A stretch of DNA of 27,099 bases, taken from a virus (taxonomy: Duplodnaviria > Caudoviricetes). Shown here piece by piece: positions 1 to 9,405 of this stretch. The notes under the pieces are model-generated. The model was not told the origin of the DNA. It was given only the letters and a program-made list of their open reading frames with translations, and searched no databases. The stretch is from IMG/VR virus record IMGVR_UViG_3300003972_000099, positions 1 through 27,099 of that record; one strand, written 5' to 3'. The stretch's first letter is position 1. Every line of letters starts with the position of its first letter. The position numbers and the translations under genes were made by a program.

Positions 1-2099
1 AGGCGCACCCACTCGCCGGCGGGCACGGCCGTCGCCACCCCTGCTGCGATGGTGCCCTGCGCCGTGCCGCCGGTGCGCCCCGAGACATCCAGGTGCATCG
101 TGCATGCGACGGATGAGCGCACGTAGACCGAGACGGTCCATTTCTCCCCGATCGCCACAGGGCCAGGCGCTGAGGTGTAGTCGTACCAGCCGTAGTAGCC
201 GCTGGACTTGGCGGTGGTGATCGTGCGGCGCAGGTACTTGGTCACGCCTGACAGTGGGCCGTCCGTCGCTCCGGTGATGGTCGACGCCGAGGACGCTCCA
301 CCGGTGCCGTTGGCGAAGTTGTAGGAGCCGGGCACCGGGTCGAGCATGTAGTTCCGCCGGTACTCCACGCCCCCCGAGCCGAGCAGCGGCTTCGGGTTCG
401 GCACGAGGTTCGTGCGTAGGACTTCAGCCTCGGGCCATGCGTTGTTGAAGTCTGAAACAATGGTATCCAGGCTGGCCGTATAATCGATCACGTCTGGTTT
501 CGTCGTAGCCGTTGTGATCCTGAAATTAGCCTTGTCACCAAGAACCCGCGCGCCAATGGCGTTCCCGAACAACTGGTTACCGAAGAGTGCATCGACCTGC
601 TCTTGCCAGTACACGTTGAAAGCAGCGATGTCCCGACCCGACCATTCCGCGTTAAACGTAGCAATAGTTGTCCCAGAATCAACAGCGAGGTTAAAGTCAG
701 CAATTGTCGCCTGAATAACATCTCGGGAACCCTCGCCCCGGTTAAGGTCTAAAGCCGTTCCGGACACCGTGTAGTTCAATCCTGCGTATGCGCCAGCGAC
801 AATCATTCCGAGAGAATATGCTTCTTCTCTAGTTCTGATGAACGGGTTCTTGACAACAACCCCGACTTCATCGCTGCTCGATACGTTTGTAACACCAGTC
901 TTGATGTTGACCGTCTCTTCGGACATGACAATAGCCTCGCCCGTGATGTGGAGCGAGTTGTAGTAGTTTCCAGAGCCAGATGACATAGCAATGCGGTACG
1001 GAGCATAGTCAGGCATATTAGCGCCGCGTACGGTAACCTCGATGATGCTGGGGTCATCGGTGATAGCGACAGAGACGCTTCCGCCCTGCGCGAGCCACTG
1101 TGCAGCCGTAATCGGCAGACCGTCATTTCCAACGACAGAGTAAACACCATTAGTGCCGTCGTACCGGTCATCGTCAACCCAATCTTGCACAACGGGTTGA
1201 TTTACCGAGAACAGACTTGCATTTAGTCGTTCCTGAAAAACAATGGTTTCTCCCGCGTCCACTTGGAAAATCGTGGCGTCATCAAGTGTCGGAGGGTAGA
1301 CCTCCTTCTGCATTCCGTACTCGTGGTTATAGTACGAAATGTCGATGGAGCGTGCAGCATTGGACCCTTCGATGCTGAAAGATTCAGCCGTGGATCGATC
1401 GAGATGGGCTACCAATTTGCGAAGTGGACGAACGTGGATTCGGTCAAATACCAAGGCCATTTCGACTTGCTCTTTAGCGAGAATCTGCTTGATTCCGACC
1501 CAGACGTTTCCTTTCCATCCAGGGTAGACGACCGCGCGGGAAGCGATCTCCGAGTCAACCGTAACCCCGTTCGGAATGCCAACGAAGTCGCAGTAGTAAT
1601 TGATCGCGCCAGAAAGCGTCCCTCGGTATGGGGGAACTGTCCGATCTACGTTGAACAGACCTAAGATGCTGTCGGCGACAACGGAAAGACGCCCGTTGTT
1701 TCCTGAAATGCTCTTTACTGAACCTGAAGTCTTGCCGCGAGAGCCGTCAACGAGCGTAAGATTGCCAATGAGACGACGGCTATCCTCGTCTTCAAGCGTA
1801 TCGAAAGTGATCTGACCAACGCCACCAAAAGAACTACTCGGATCAATGGGGGTTGCATCCTCTTGAACGGAGAAATTCTCAAAATTAGAAAGAACTGTCC
1901 CGCCAGACCCCAAGTAAGCAACCGGTACCGAGTATAGACCTGAAAAAGCCGGGTTTTCCTTTAGGATAGGGGGAATCTTGAAGAGGCCGGAACCATCTGG
2001 GTCTTCTTCTAAGAAAGAAGGAACAGTAAAGTAATCAACATTTTCAGAAACGAACTTGTTGTCTTCCTTCTTTTCAAGAATAATCCGGGTATTTTTCAC
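1..2099 (-). CDS. Minor tail / baseplate protein, truncated by the left window edge (at least 699 codons)
   Basis: Read manually: GTG at 2099 overlaps the upstream stop (GTGA) and the frame stays open to the window edge (MKNTRIILEKKEDNKF...QEDATPIDPSSSFGGVGQITF...YPGWKGNVW...GEWVR). It is absent from the ORF track because no stop lies in the window. Position after tape measure and distal tail gene. Confidence 0.85.
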   Translation of the reverse strand, partial: MKNTRIILEKKEDNKFVSENVDYFTVPSFLEEDPDGSGLFKIPPILKENPAFSGLYSVPVAYLGSGGTVLSNFENFSVQEDATPIDPSSSFGGVGQITFDTLEDEDSRRLIGNLTLVDGSRGKTSGSVKSISGNNGRLSVVADSILGLFNVDRTVPPYRGTLSGAINYYCDFVGIPNGVTVDSEIASRAVVYPGWKGNVWVGIKQILAKEQVEMALVFDRIHVRPLRKLVAHLDRSTAESFSIEGSNAARSIDISYYNHEYGMQKEVYPPTLDDATIFQVDAGETIVFQERLNASLFSVNQPVVQDWVDDDRYDGTNGVYSVVGNDGLPITAAQWLAQGGSVSVAITDDPSIIEVTVRGANMPDYAPYRIAMSSGSGNYYNSLHITGEAIVMSEETVNIKTGVTNVSSSDEVGVVVKNPFIRTREEAYSLGMIVAGAYAGLNYTVSGTALDLNRGEGSRDVIQATIADFNLAVDSGTTIATFNAEWSGRDIAAFNVYWQEQVDALFGNQLFGNAIGARVLGDKANFRITTATTKPDVIDYTASLDTIVSDFNNAWPEAEVLRTNLVPNPKPLLGSGGVEYRRNYMLDPVPGSYNFANGTGGASSASTITGATDGPLSGVTKYLRRTITTAKSSGYYGWYDYTSAPGPVAIGEKWTVSVYVRSSVACTMHLDVSGRTGGTAQGTIAAGVATAVPAGEWVR

Positions 2100-2938
2100 T
2101 GTTCCCACGCACCAGTTTCAATCAGTGTCCCAGACGCCCCCACCTTATCCAACGCTGAAGGGGCAGAATACCCGGTAATGGACAGACCGTTTCCGGAGAA
2201 ACGACACCCACTGTGCCCACGACCACCAAAGAATCGACCGGTAGGAGCAGGCATTCCTGTCGGTAGAACCTTACCCACCAATCCTGCCAATGTAAGTAAT
2301 CCTTCACCACCAACAGAAATTGTTACACCGCCCGGCCCTTCGACTGTTGTATTAGTTAAAGTCGCCGTCGTAACCGTTAGTGGAGTAACGTCTGAAGCCG
2401 AGTCACCGTCCGGTTGAATCGTAACGGCCGCCGTTCCGGTAGCACTGCCATGCACACCGAAATGAAAGGTATACCCAGGCGGAATCGGAATCCATAGTGA
2501 TCTGAACTCATCGCCAGAAGTCAGTTCAAACACGGCACTTTTCGTCGGGTAAGAGAAGTTGTTCGCTGCTGTGGACACCAGAGTAGGATCGGCGTTCTTT
2601 ACCAGGGAAGGCGCACCCTCTGCCTGTAGCCTTGGTGTTGCCCAGAACTGAGGTAAGACGTTTACACGGCTAGCAAATGGATCAAGGAAATAGAGAAGGT
2701 CTTTTCCGTACACGCCGTCGTCATAGTCCGCAATCTCGTAGATGTCCTCATACGATGTGAGGTTCCATGAGAAGACATACTTCATATGAGCAGCCTGTGA
2801 TCTCTGCACGAACGCGCCACCATTGAGGAAGACACCCTCAGATGACCAACGAGCCTTGGACAAGTCGGCATTGATCGCTGGCATGGGAATCCATGTCATG
2901 CGCTCTTTGGTGCCGAAGTACATTCTCTTGTCGCTCAT
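2096..2938 (-). CDS. Minor tail protein (distal-tail position)
   Basis: 280 aa, TGATG-coupled directly after the tape measure gene; beta-rich G/T/S composition. Confidence 0.8.
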   Translation of the reverse strand: MSDKRMYFGTKERMTWIPMPAINADLSKARWSSEGVFLNGGAFVQRSQAAHMKYVFSWNLTSYEDIYEIADYDDGVYGKDLLYFLDPFASRVNVLPQFWATPRLQAEGAPSLVKNADPTLVSTAANNFSYPTKSAVFELTSGDEFRSLWIPIPPGYTFHFGVHGSATGTAAVTIQPDGDSASDVTPLTVTTATLTNTTVEGPGGVTISVGGEGLLTLAGLVGKVLPTGMPAPTGRFFGGRGHSGCRFSGNGLSITGYSAPSALDKVGASGTLIETGAWEQ

Positions 2939-5900
2939 CAGTTGTTTCCTCGTGTCGCTGAACCGTAGTTAGCCTTGTTCACGGATGAAGCCAATTCCTT
3001 CCCGTCCAACTCAATTCTAACGTACAATGCGTCGGCAAGTTGACGAATCTGGTTTGGCAGAAGTTCCACGAGTTGCACGGTGGGGGTACGGCTCACCGAA
3101 CCACCTGACGCCGGGCCACCAACAGCCAGATACTTAGGCACTTGCATGTTGTTGAGCGCATTCATAAATGGCAGGCCGTAGTATTCGGTCGCGCGTGGAT
3201 TGAGCACGAACTCACCAGGAGTGAGCCAGGCCGGAACGGTGTCGCTGCCCTTCGGACCACCTGGGTGTAGGCCGGAGACACCACCGCTGGCGAGGTACGC
3301 CGGGTTGACGTAACCACCTTTGTTCAAGAAGAAGTTAACGCCGTCGTAGGTGTACTTGACACCGCCGGTCACACCGGCATCCTTGATGACCTTCAACTTC
3401 CGGGTCAGGCCTTGACCAGCAGTCCACCCGAGACCGTATGCCTTGCCAGCCTCGTATCCAGCGTTGTAGCCGTCCCCGTTTGCACCAATGTTGACGCTAG
3501 CCGATGAACTACGTACCTTTGCCAAGAACTCTTCGACAGCCCGCACAGCGGGGTCGGTGTTGGCCGAGACGCTGATGTTTCGAGGAACGCGCTGGATAGC
3601 ATACGTAAGGTCATCGAACGCCCGAGCGTAGCCCTCAACCTCGGTTGAGTTGTACCCCAATTGAGTCATCTGTCGAACGAACTCAGCCCGCAACTCAGCG
3701 GTCTTTCGCGTGAGGTCCGCCTGGCTCATGCCGGTGTTGGCGAGAGCAGACACCTGTGCAGCGTACGCCTTCAGCAGCGACTCAACGAGATCGCGCTGTT
3801 CGCGTGAGGCTTCGGTGCCACCGTCGAGAGACTTAGCCATGCTGTCCTGCGCCTTGCGCAAGTCCTTCTGGGCATCAGCGCGGTCGTTCTCTGCCTCACT
3901 CAACTTGGCCTGATTCTCGGCCATCTCTGCGAGGATTTCATTCGTGCGCAGAACGTCGCCGTACTCTTGAGCAACCCGTAGTTGGTACTCTAGAGTCGTT
4001 TGCGCGGCGTTCAGGCCACGAATCTCGGCATCTGCTTCCCGGATAGCCTGAAGCGCATCTCGAACGCCCTGAGCGGCTTCCTCGGAGTTGTCACGGAGCG
4101 CCTGCCATGCATCGGCAACATCATCGAGAGCGTTGCCAAGGCCAAAGCGGAAATCAAAGGCAGCAGTGAATACACCCTCAAGGTCGCTCACATAGTCAGT
4201 GAGAGTCTTGACTGCCTTTGAAGCGCGGCCCGCTGATCGACCAGCCTTGGCAGCACCAGCAGAGAAGCCCTGGGACAGCCCATTACCAGCAAGTCGAGCA
4301 GCATAGTCTACGCCAGTAAGCCCTTTACCACCAGCAAGTTCGTTAATCATGGCTTGGACGAAAGCCAATTCATTAACCGCGTTGACACCATAGGCCGACA
4401 ACTGCTGCATAAGGCCAGCAAGAAGAGAAGCCAAAGTAGCCGAGTCACCGGCTGAAGCCGCGACCAGTGCAGAAATCGTCTTCTGCAATGCTTCCATGTT
4501 GGCACGACCACCAACAGAGAACACGTCGAAAGAAGTACCGTTCTCTGCGAGAGATTGACCCAGACCGTACAGTGCTCTCTGCATTTCAGCAGTGGAGTTG
4601 ACTCCATCGAATGCGGCATCAACGGTGTCTTGCAACTTGGTTAAGAGTTCATCAAAACCCCCAGATGCTGCATCTTCCGCAGCAGCACCACTGGCTTCAA
4701 TAATGGCCTTCTGGCGTTCTTGGGCATCAGAAATAGCGTCCGACTCAATGCCAACAAAACGAAGAACCTCGGCGAAAATCTCTGCTTTCTCGCTGGCGTC
4801 CCAGAAGGCGTCTTGGGCTGAAGCGTCACGTGTTTGCAACCACTGCTCTTCTAGAGGTCGAAGAGTAGCAAGAAGTTCCTGGTATCTCTGCTGAAGATTA
4901 TAAGCAGCAGAACCTTCTCCCAGGATAGCGTTTGTCAACTCGGTGACGGAAATCCCAATAGAGCGTGCTTTCTGGGCAATGCCCTCGTCCCATAGTTTAG
5001 AAGCAACGTCAGCCCGTGTGTTTGCGGTAATTGCAGCCGTGTTTTGGTCTAGAGAAGCCGAGTACATATCAACAGCAGCAGCAGCATCTTGGCTCTTGTT
5101 GACGAAATCGCTCAAGAGACCAATGCCGACTGACAGCACGGCAGTCCACAGAAATGCCCTAGAGGCTACCTTTCCGGCAGATGCCAAACCGTTTGTACCA
5201 GTAATAGCAGCCTTTGCACCAGCCGTATAGGCAGCCATTCGACCTTGCCCCTCAGAAATAGCAAGGTTGTAAGCCTTCTGAGCCGCAGCGGCTCGCTGAA
5301 GACCAATGACGTTTGCGGCCATTGTGCCTGTTAGGCTGCGCACCTTAACTTGATACGCGGCTGTCTCAGAACTCAGTGTCCTGTGCGCTGTCTCCATCGC
5401 ATAAAGAGAGGCAGTCATTAGAGCCTGCAATGCTCGATAGCCGAGCAGAGCACCCACGAGAACGGCAACGGCACCAGCAGTGCCCAGGAAGAACTGAGCG
5501 ATTGGATTACGAGACAGGACCAGAAGTGCCTCAGCGACGTTCTGCACAACGTCCAGCAATTGACCGAACGGACCCATCGCCTCGCCGCCGACAGACTCAG
5601 CAATAGCCTTGATCGTGTTCCCAAGAACGGTCAATTTGGCTGCGACAGTCTCGGCCACGACGCCGTATTGCTTGCTCAGTTCAGTCGCGTCCCGGTATCC
5701 CGTCTCGGCATCGCGGAACGCAGCACTGACTACCTCGGTAGCACCAGCAAGACGGAGAAGCAACGGAACGTCACGAACGGACGTGATGCCGAGTTCATGC
5801 AGAACCGCAACCGCCTGGTCCCCGTCCGTGCCAAGGTTGGCGAGGAACTGCTGGAAGATACCCGCGAATTCTTCCTTCCCCCAAGCGTTAGCAAACTGGT

Positions 5901-6999
5901 CAGCGGATACACCGGCTACAGCCGCGAACTTCTCTAGTTTCTCGCCGCCTTCAGCGATAGCCGCAGACATGAGGCTGAACGTGCGGGTGATCGTACCACG
6001 AGACAGTTCCGGCTGACCACCCACGGAAGCGAGCGCGCCAGAGAGACCAACGACTTGCGCAGCAGAGAACCCAGCAAGATCAGCCATCGATGAAATCTGG
6101 GTGGCGATGTTGACAATCTGTGTCTCGGTAGCAACCGAGTTAACGCCGACCTTAAGGATTGATGAAGCCAGGTTCTCGAACTCGGAACTCGGAACGTCAA
6201 GGAGCGCCTGGAACCGACCAAGCGCTGTACCGGCTGCCTCTGCAGAGAGGTTTGTGGTAGCCGTGAGCCGTGCGGTAACGCTGGTGAAGTCCTCAATACC
6301 AGAGGCCGCGATGTTCAACTGCCCACCAAGTGCGGCGATCTCAGTAATGGCCGCGAAGTCCTCGGGAATCGCGGTAGTGAGGTCTACGAGGTCGCGCTTC
6401 AGGTCTTGCGCAGCCTGCCCCACAACACCGGTCGTACGTGCGACGTTAGCAAAGTTCCGCTGGTAGTCGATGGACAACTTAGCGGCTGCACCAGCCGTAC
6501 CAAGGATTGCAGCCGAGACAACGGTCCACGTGCGGGCTACGTCATAGAGAGCATACCGCTGATTGGACAGGCTGTTGATCTGCTTGTCGATAAGGCGCTG
6601 AGATTCTCGATTGGCTTGCGCAACAGCGATGTTCGTTGTGTAGGTGCGGTATGCTGCGTCTTGAGCAATCTTCTGCGCAACAGGCAGCAAGTTTTTTGTC
6701 TTCTTTGTCCCGAGCGTCAACGCTGGGGTAGAAGCAGCCGCAGGTTGCGCAGACAAGAGCCGCGCGTTTTCTTTCTTTACACGCGCAAGTTCGCCAGCGA
6801 GGTTCTTGTACTCTCTGGCTGCTCTTTTTGCTGCTTGAGCAACACCTACTGCCTGCTTCTCAAGACGACTAAGAACACCAATGGCCTTGGTAGTTGCCGG
6901 GTTAATCTTTGTGATCGAATTAACGAGTTGGTTTGCCCGACGAGGAGAATCCCCTACGTCAAAGTCAAGTGTAGCCTTGACATCCATTCCGTCAGACAT
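2938..6999 (-). CDS. Tape measure protein
   Basis: 1353 aa, Ala-rich helical; TMP core-like segment (FANVARTTG...ITEIAALGGQLNI...EDFTSVTARL); typical C-terminal GSDTVPAWLTPGEFV motif; AGGAG SD; follows the chaperone pair. Confidence 0.97.
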   Translation of the reverse strand: MSDGMDVKATLDFDVGDSPRRANQLVNSITKINPATTKAIGVLSRLEKQAVGVAQAAKRAAREYKNLAGELARVKKENARLLSAQPAAASTPALTLGTKKTKNLLPVAQKIAQDAAYRTYTTNIAVAQANRESQRLIDKQINSLSNQRYALYDVARTWTVVSAAILGTAGAAAKLSIDYQRNFANVARTTGVVGQAAQDLKRDLVDLTTAIPEDFAAITEIAALGGQLNIAASGIEDFTSVTARLTATTNLSAEAAGTALGRFQALLDVPSSEFENLASSILKVGVNSVATETQIVNIATQISSMADLAGFSAAQVVGLSGALASVGGQPELSRGTITRTFSLMSAAIAEGGEKLEKFAAVAGVSADQFANAWGKEEFAGIFQQFLANLGTDGDQAVAVLHELGITSVRDVPLLLRLAGATEVVSAAFRDAETGYRDATELSKQYGVVAETVAAKLTVLGNTIKAIAESVGGEAMGPFGQLLDVVQNVAEALLVLSRNPIAQFFLGTAGAVAVLVGALLGYRALQALMTASLYAMETAHRTLSSETAAYQVKVRSLTGTMAANVIGLQRAAAAQKAYNLAISEGQGRMAAYTAGAKAAITGTNGLASAGKVASRAFLWTAVLSVGIGLLSDFVNKSQDAAAAVDMYSASLDQNTAAITANTRADVASKLWDEGIAQKARSIGISVTELTNAILGEGSAAYNLQQRYQELLATLRPLEEQWLQTRDASAQDAFWDASEKAEIFAEVLRFVGIESDAISDAQERQKAIIEASGAAAEDAASGGFDELLTKLQDTVDAAFDGVNSTAEMQRALYGLGQSLAENGTSFDVFSVGGRANMEALQKTISALVAASAGDSATLASLLAGLMQQLSAYGVNAVNELAFVQAMINELAGGKGLTGVDYAARLAGNGLSQGFSAGAAKAGRSAGRASKAVKTLTDYVSDLEGVFTAAFDFRFGLGNALDDVADAWQALRDNSEEAAQGVRDALQAIREADAEIRGLNAAQTTLEYQLRVAQEYGDVLRTNEILAEMAENQAKLSEAENDRADAQKDLRKAQDSMAKSLDGGTEASREQRDLVESLLKAYAAQVSALANTGMSQADLTRKTAELRAEFVRQMTQLGYNSTEVEGYARAFDDLTYAIQRVPRNISVSANTDPAVRAVEEFLAKVRSSSASVNIGANGDGYNAGYEAGKAYGLGWTAGQGLTRKLKVIKDAGVTGGVKYTYDGVNFFLNKGGYVNPAYLASGGVSGLHPGGPKGSDTVPAWLTPGEFVLNPRATEYYGLPFMNALNNMQVPKYLAVGGPASGGSVSRTPTVQLVELLPNQIRQLADALYVRIELDGKELASSVNKANYGSATRGNN

Positions 7000-7024
7000 T
7001 CCACGCTCCTAAGTTCACTACACC

Positions 7025-7033
7025 ATTTTATCA
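7025..7033 (-). promoter_or_regulatory. Extended -10 box TGATAAAAT (upstream of tape measure)
   Basis: TGnTAnnnT built on the upstream TGA stop. Confidence 0.6.
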
Positions 7034-7465
7034 GTGTTGCTTTGCTAATTCCTCGTAGTATTCCCGTCTTGACGGCAATTCACCACCAATGGTTTCGGGG
7101 ACATATGGTTCGGTGTAGTAATACCTACCCCACTCTTTCTTTTCAGACGCCTTGATCTTCTTGTTGCCCTGATTCTCCTTTTCTTTCAGGGCACGCTCGG
7201 CTGCACAATAGGCTTCTCTGACGCGGAACTGCACCCGGTTGCTTGTGCTTCTGCACAGCCAGACTGGATGCCCGCACTTGGGGCAAATCTCGTCCTGAAG
7301 CCGTTGATAAGCCTCAAGCAACTTGAAATCGAAAGGAATCCACGGATCAGTCGGCTGCTCGTAGAACAGCATGGCGCACGGACGAATCCCCGCAGTGATC
7401 GACGCCTTGATCTTTGTGATGAGGTACCTATTCGCGGGCCAGGTCAGTACCTCGACTAAAAATCC
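7031..7465 (-). CDS. Tail assembly chaperone, C-terminal (-1 frame) part of the G-T type fusion
   Basis: The -1 frame is open from the slippery site (FLVEVLTWPANRYLITKIKASITAGIRPCA) into the 7031..7372 ORF; contains CPKCGHP. Confidence 0.85.
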   Translation of the reverse strand, partial: GFLVEVLTWPANRYLITKIKASITAGIRPCAMLFYEQPTDPWIPFDFKLLEAYQRLQDEICPKCGHPVWLCRSTSNRVQFRVREAYCAAERALKEKENQGNKKIKASEKKEWGRYYYTEPYVPETIGGELPSRREYYEELAKQH

Positions 7466-8007
7466 GCGTCAACTACCTGATCGAAGTACGCTGCGGTGAA
7501 AACGAGTTCGGACATCTTTGAAGTAATCTTGTCGAACTCGCCGTCTGGCAAGATGAACGCCAGTTCCTCTACCTTTTCCGGGGTCCAGTGGGTGTGGTCT
7601 TCTGCACCGTCAGGGCGGGTCACCAACTGGATAGCCTCAGCAACGTACTTGTAGTTGCACCACTCAGCCGCGTCGCCGTTGCTGGTGTCTTCTACGTCGA
7701 ACTTGGCGCGGGCTTCGTCGTTGATTGCCTTGACGACCTCTGGCGCGTAACCGCGAAGGTGGAACGTGTAGGTGCTGTCCTTGATGCGCTGCTTGAGTTC
7801 GTCCACCTTGGCAGCAATCTCATCGACCTTTTCGGGGTCGAGTTCGTCTGCAGCCTGCATGTTGTAGTGCTTGATGAGATACGCAGCCTCGATGTCAGTG
7901 TAAACGTCAACCGTGTCCTTCGGGTAACCAATACCCCTAGCAGCGTCGAGAATGCTGAAGGTGCCTTTTTCGGTGGCCTTCTCAACCAGTTCAATAACGT
8001 CAGCCAT
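7456..8007 (-). CDS. Tail assembly chaperone (G-like)
   Basis: 183 aa acidic protein between tail tube and tape measure genes; strong SD AAGGAGG; ends at the slippery site. Confidence 0.88.
   Translation of the reverse strand: MADVIELVEKATEKGTFSILDAARGIGYPKDTVDVYTDIEAAYLIKHYNMQAADELDPEKVDEIAAKVDELKQRIKDSTYTFHLRGYAPEVVKAINDEARAKFDVEDTSNGDAAEWCNYKYVAEAIQLVTRPDGAEDHTHWTPEKVEELAFILPDGEFDKITSKMSELVFTAAYFDQVVDADF
7459..7465 (-). other. Programmed -1 ribosomal frameshift site G-GAT-TTT(T)
   Basis: GCG GAT TTT TAG ends the chaperone ORF; a -1 slip joins the downstream ORF; canonical position before the tape measure gene. Confidence 0.85.
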
Positions 8008-8038
8008 GTCCTGTTTCCTCCTTGGAAAATGTCAATTC

Positions 8039-8047
8039 ATCATACCA
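8039..8047 (-). promoter_or_regulatory. Extended -10 box TGGTATGAT (upstream of chaperone)
   Basis: Immediately after the terminator U-tract. Confidence 0.65.
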
Positions 8048-8049
8048 TG

Positions 8050-8094
8050 AAAAAGCCCCCGGTGATTTCCACCAGGGGCTTTTCACAAACTGCT
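8050..8094 (-). terminator. Intrinsic terminator after the tail tube genes (probably bidirectional)
   Basis: AAAAGCCCCTGGTG-GAAAT-CACCGGGGGCTTTTT hairpin with flanking A/T tracts. Confidence 0.9.
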
Positions 8095-8095
8095 A

Positions 8096-8863
8096 TCAGG
8101 TTACAGTAACCACGCACGGGGTCGTTGCACCGGTTGCGGCATTGTGCGTTGCGGTGATGTTGGCCGTACCCGCGCCAACAGCAGTCACGACACCGTTGGA
8201 CGAAACGGTGGCAACGGACTCATCGCTGGACGACCACTCAACGACCTGTGTAGCGCGGTGACCACCAAGGGTCGCCTTGACAACACCGTGGTCACCAACA
8301 TCCAGAGCGAGCGTAACCGGAGACAGCGTAACCGGACCAGCGTTCTTGACCTGGGTGTTGACCGCAAGGTTACCCTGCGGCATGAGCCCCACGACGAACT
8401 TAACGCTGTCCTCGCCCTCGGTGTCGTCGTTTACCGTGTCCGTGATGAACTCGTAGACACTGATCCAGTCACCAGCAGCGGCAGGAGTTGCGACGCTCGT
8501 AGTGCGCTGTAGAACTCGCGTAACGACGATGACCGGCACGCGGGGGGTCTTGAGCAAGTTCCAAGCCTCAGCAGCCTCGGAACTCGTGTCGTCCGGCTTT
8601 GGCCGGAAGAACGCGAGAGTGCCCTCGAACTGTGCAAAACCACGGCTGGTGGCATTGCCGCGATCCTCTAGGGAACGGTCGTCCACGTCGTTTGACTCGG
8701 TGTTACCGGGCCACGTGGTGCCATCCCAGGCAATAGCGGGGGTGACCCGAGTGCCGTAGGTGTTGATCTCAGTTGCGGTAGGGGAGCGATAGTCGGCTAC
8801 GTCAGCCTTGGGGATAACCCAGATGTCAACGTTACCGTTTGAAGTAACCTTCTCGTCAGCCAT
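8096..8863 (-). CDS. Major tail (tube) protein 2 with C-terminal Ig-like (Big_2) domain
   Basis: N-terminal ADYRSPTATEIN tube motif; C-terminal VEWSSSDESVATVSSNGVVTAVGAGTANITAT is a textbook Big_2 signature. Confidence 0.9.
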   Translation of the reverse strand: MADEKVTSNGNVDIWVIPKADVADYRSPTATEINTYGTRVTPAIAWDGTTWPGNTESNDVDDRSLEDRGNATSRGFAQFEGTLAFFRPKPDDTSSEAAEAWNLLKTPRVPVIVVTRVLQRTTSVATPAAAGDWISVYEFITDTVNDDTEGEDSVKFVVGLMPQGNLAVNTQVKNAGPVTLSPVTLALDVGDHGVVKATLGGHRATQVVEWSSSDESVATVSSNGVVTAVGAGTANITATHNAATGATTPCVVTVT

Positions 8864-8868
8864 TTATA

Positions 8869-9405
8869 TCACGCAGCCAGTTCGTAGTTGATGTTAAGAT
8901 TCCCGTTCGGCTTGAAGCGAGCACCGTGCTTCAACATTGCGTTGTCTTCAACCAGGTCAACCGGGAAGTCGGTGGTGAAGCCGTACATCGAGATCGTCTG
9001 ACCCGCAGCAAATGCGTCAGTCGATGCGAAGCCGATTCGCTTGATGATGTAGAACTCGCGGTCTGGACCTAGGGTAAGGTCTCGGAACAGGTTGAATACC
9101 CCGTTGTCGTCAACGTCCTTGTCCCGGAAACCATCAAGAGAACCCTCATAGTTCTGGAACGTCGGGTTTGACACGTTGCCGATGTCGCAGATGCTCATCG
9201 AGTCATCCGTGTCCGAATCCGTCATGTTCAACGTGTAGCCATCAAGAATCGCGCAGGACACGTTGAAGACCATTGCGTCTTCATTGGTGGTGTACGCGAA
9301 CTGATCGTTCAACTCAGCGGACGTAGGAGCCGTTGGATCAGCAAACGCCTGCGGATAAGCCAACAGAATCGTAACGTTACCCCGCAGCACCTTCTCAAAT
9401 GCCAT
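8869..9405 (-). CDS. Major tail (tube) protein 1, paralogue of the next gene
   Basis: 178 aa; FADPTAPTSAELN motif; aligns by eye along its length with 8096..8863. Confidence 0.82.
   Translation of the reverse strand: MAFEKVLRGNVTILLAYPQAFADPTAPTSAELNDQFAYTTNEDAMVFNVSCAILDGYTLNMTDSDTDDSMSICDIGNVSNPTFQNYEGSLDGFRDKDVDDNGVFNLFRDLTLGPDREFYIIKRIGFASTDAFAAGQTISMYGFTTDFPVDLVEDNAMLKHGARFKPNGNLNINYELAA

Noticed and set aside
1-2095. Apparent gene-poor or pseudogenised zone with only short ORFs in the track
   Set aside because: A single - strand frame from 2099 is open to the window edge; the listed short ORFs are alternative-frame shadows
6406-7155. 249-aa + strand ORF and the other + strand ORFs throughout the window
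   Set aside because: Antisense to well-supported genes, with no recognisable motifs; expected shadows in GC-rich coding DNA
8861-8900. Frameshift or readthrough fusing the two tail-tube genes
   Set aside because: The second gene is in the -1 frame but a TAA sits immediately before its ATG, and readthrough of the TGA stays out of frame
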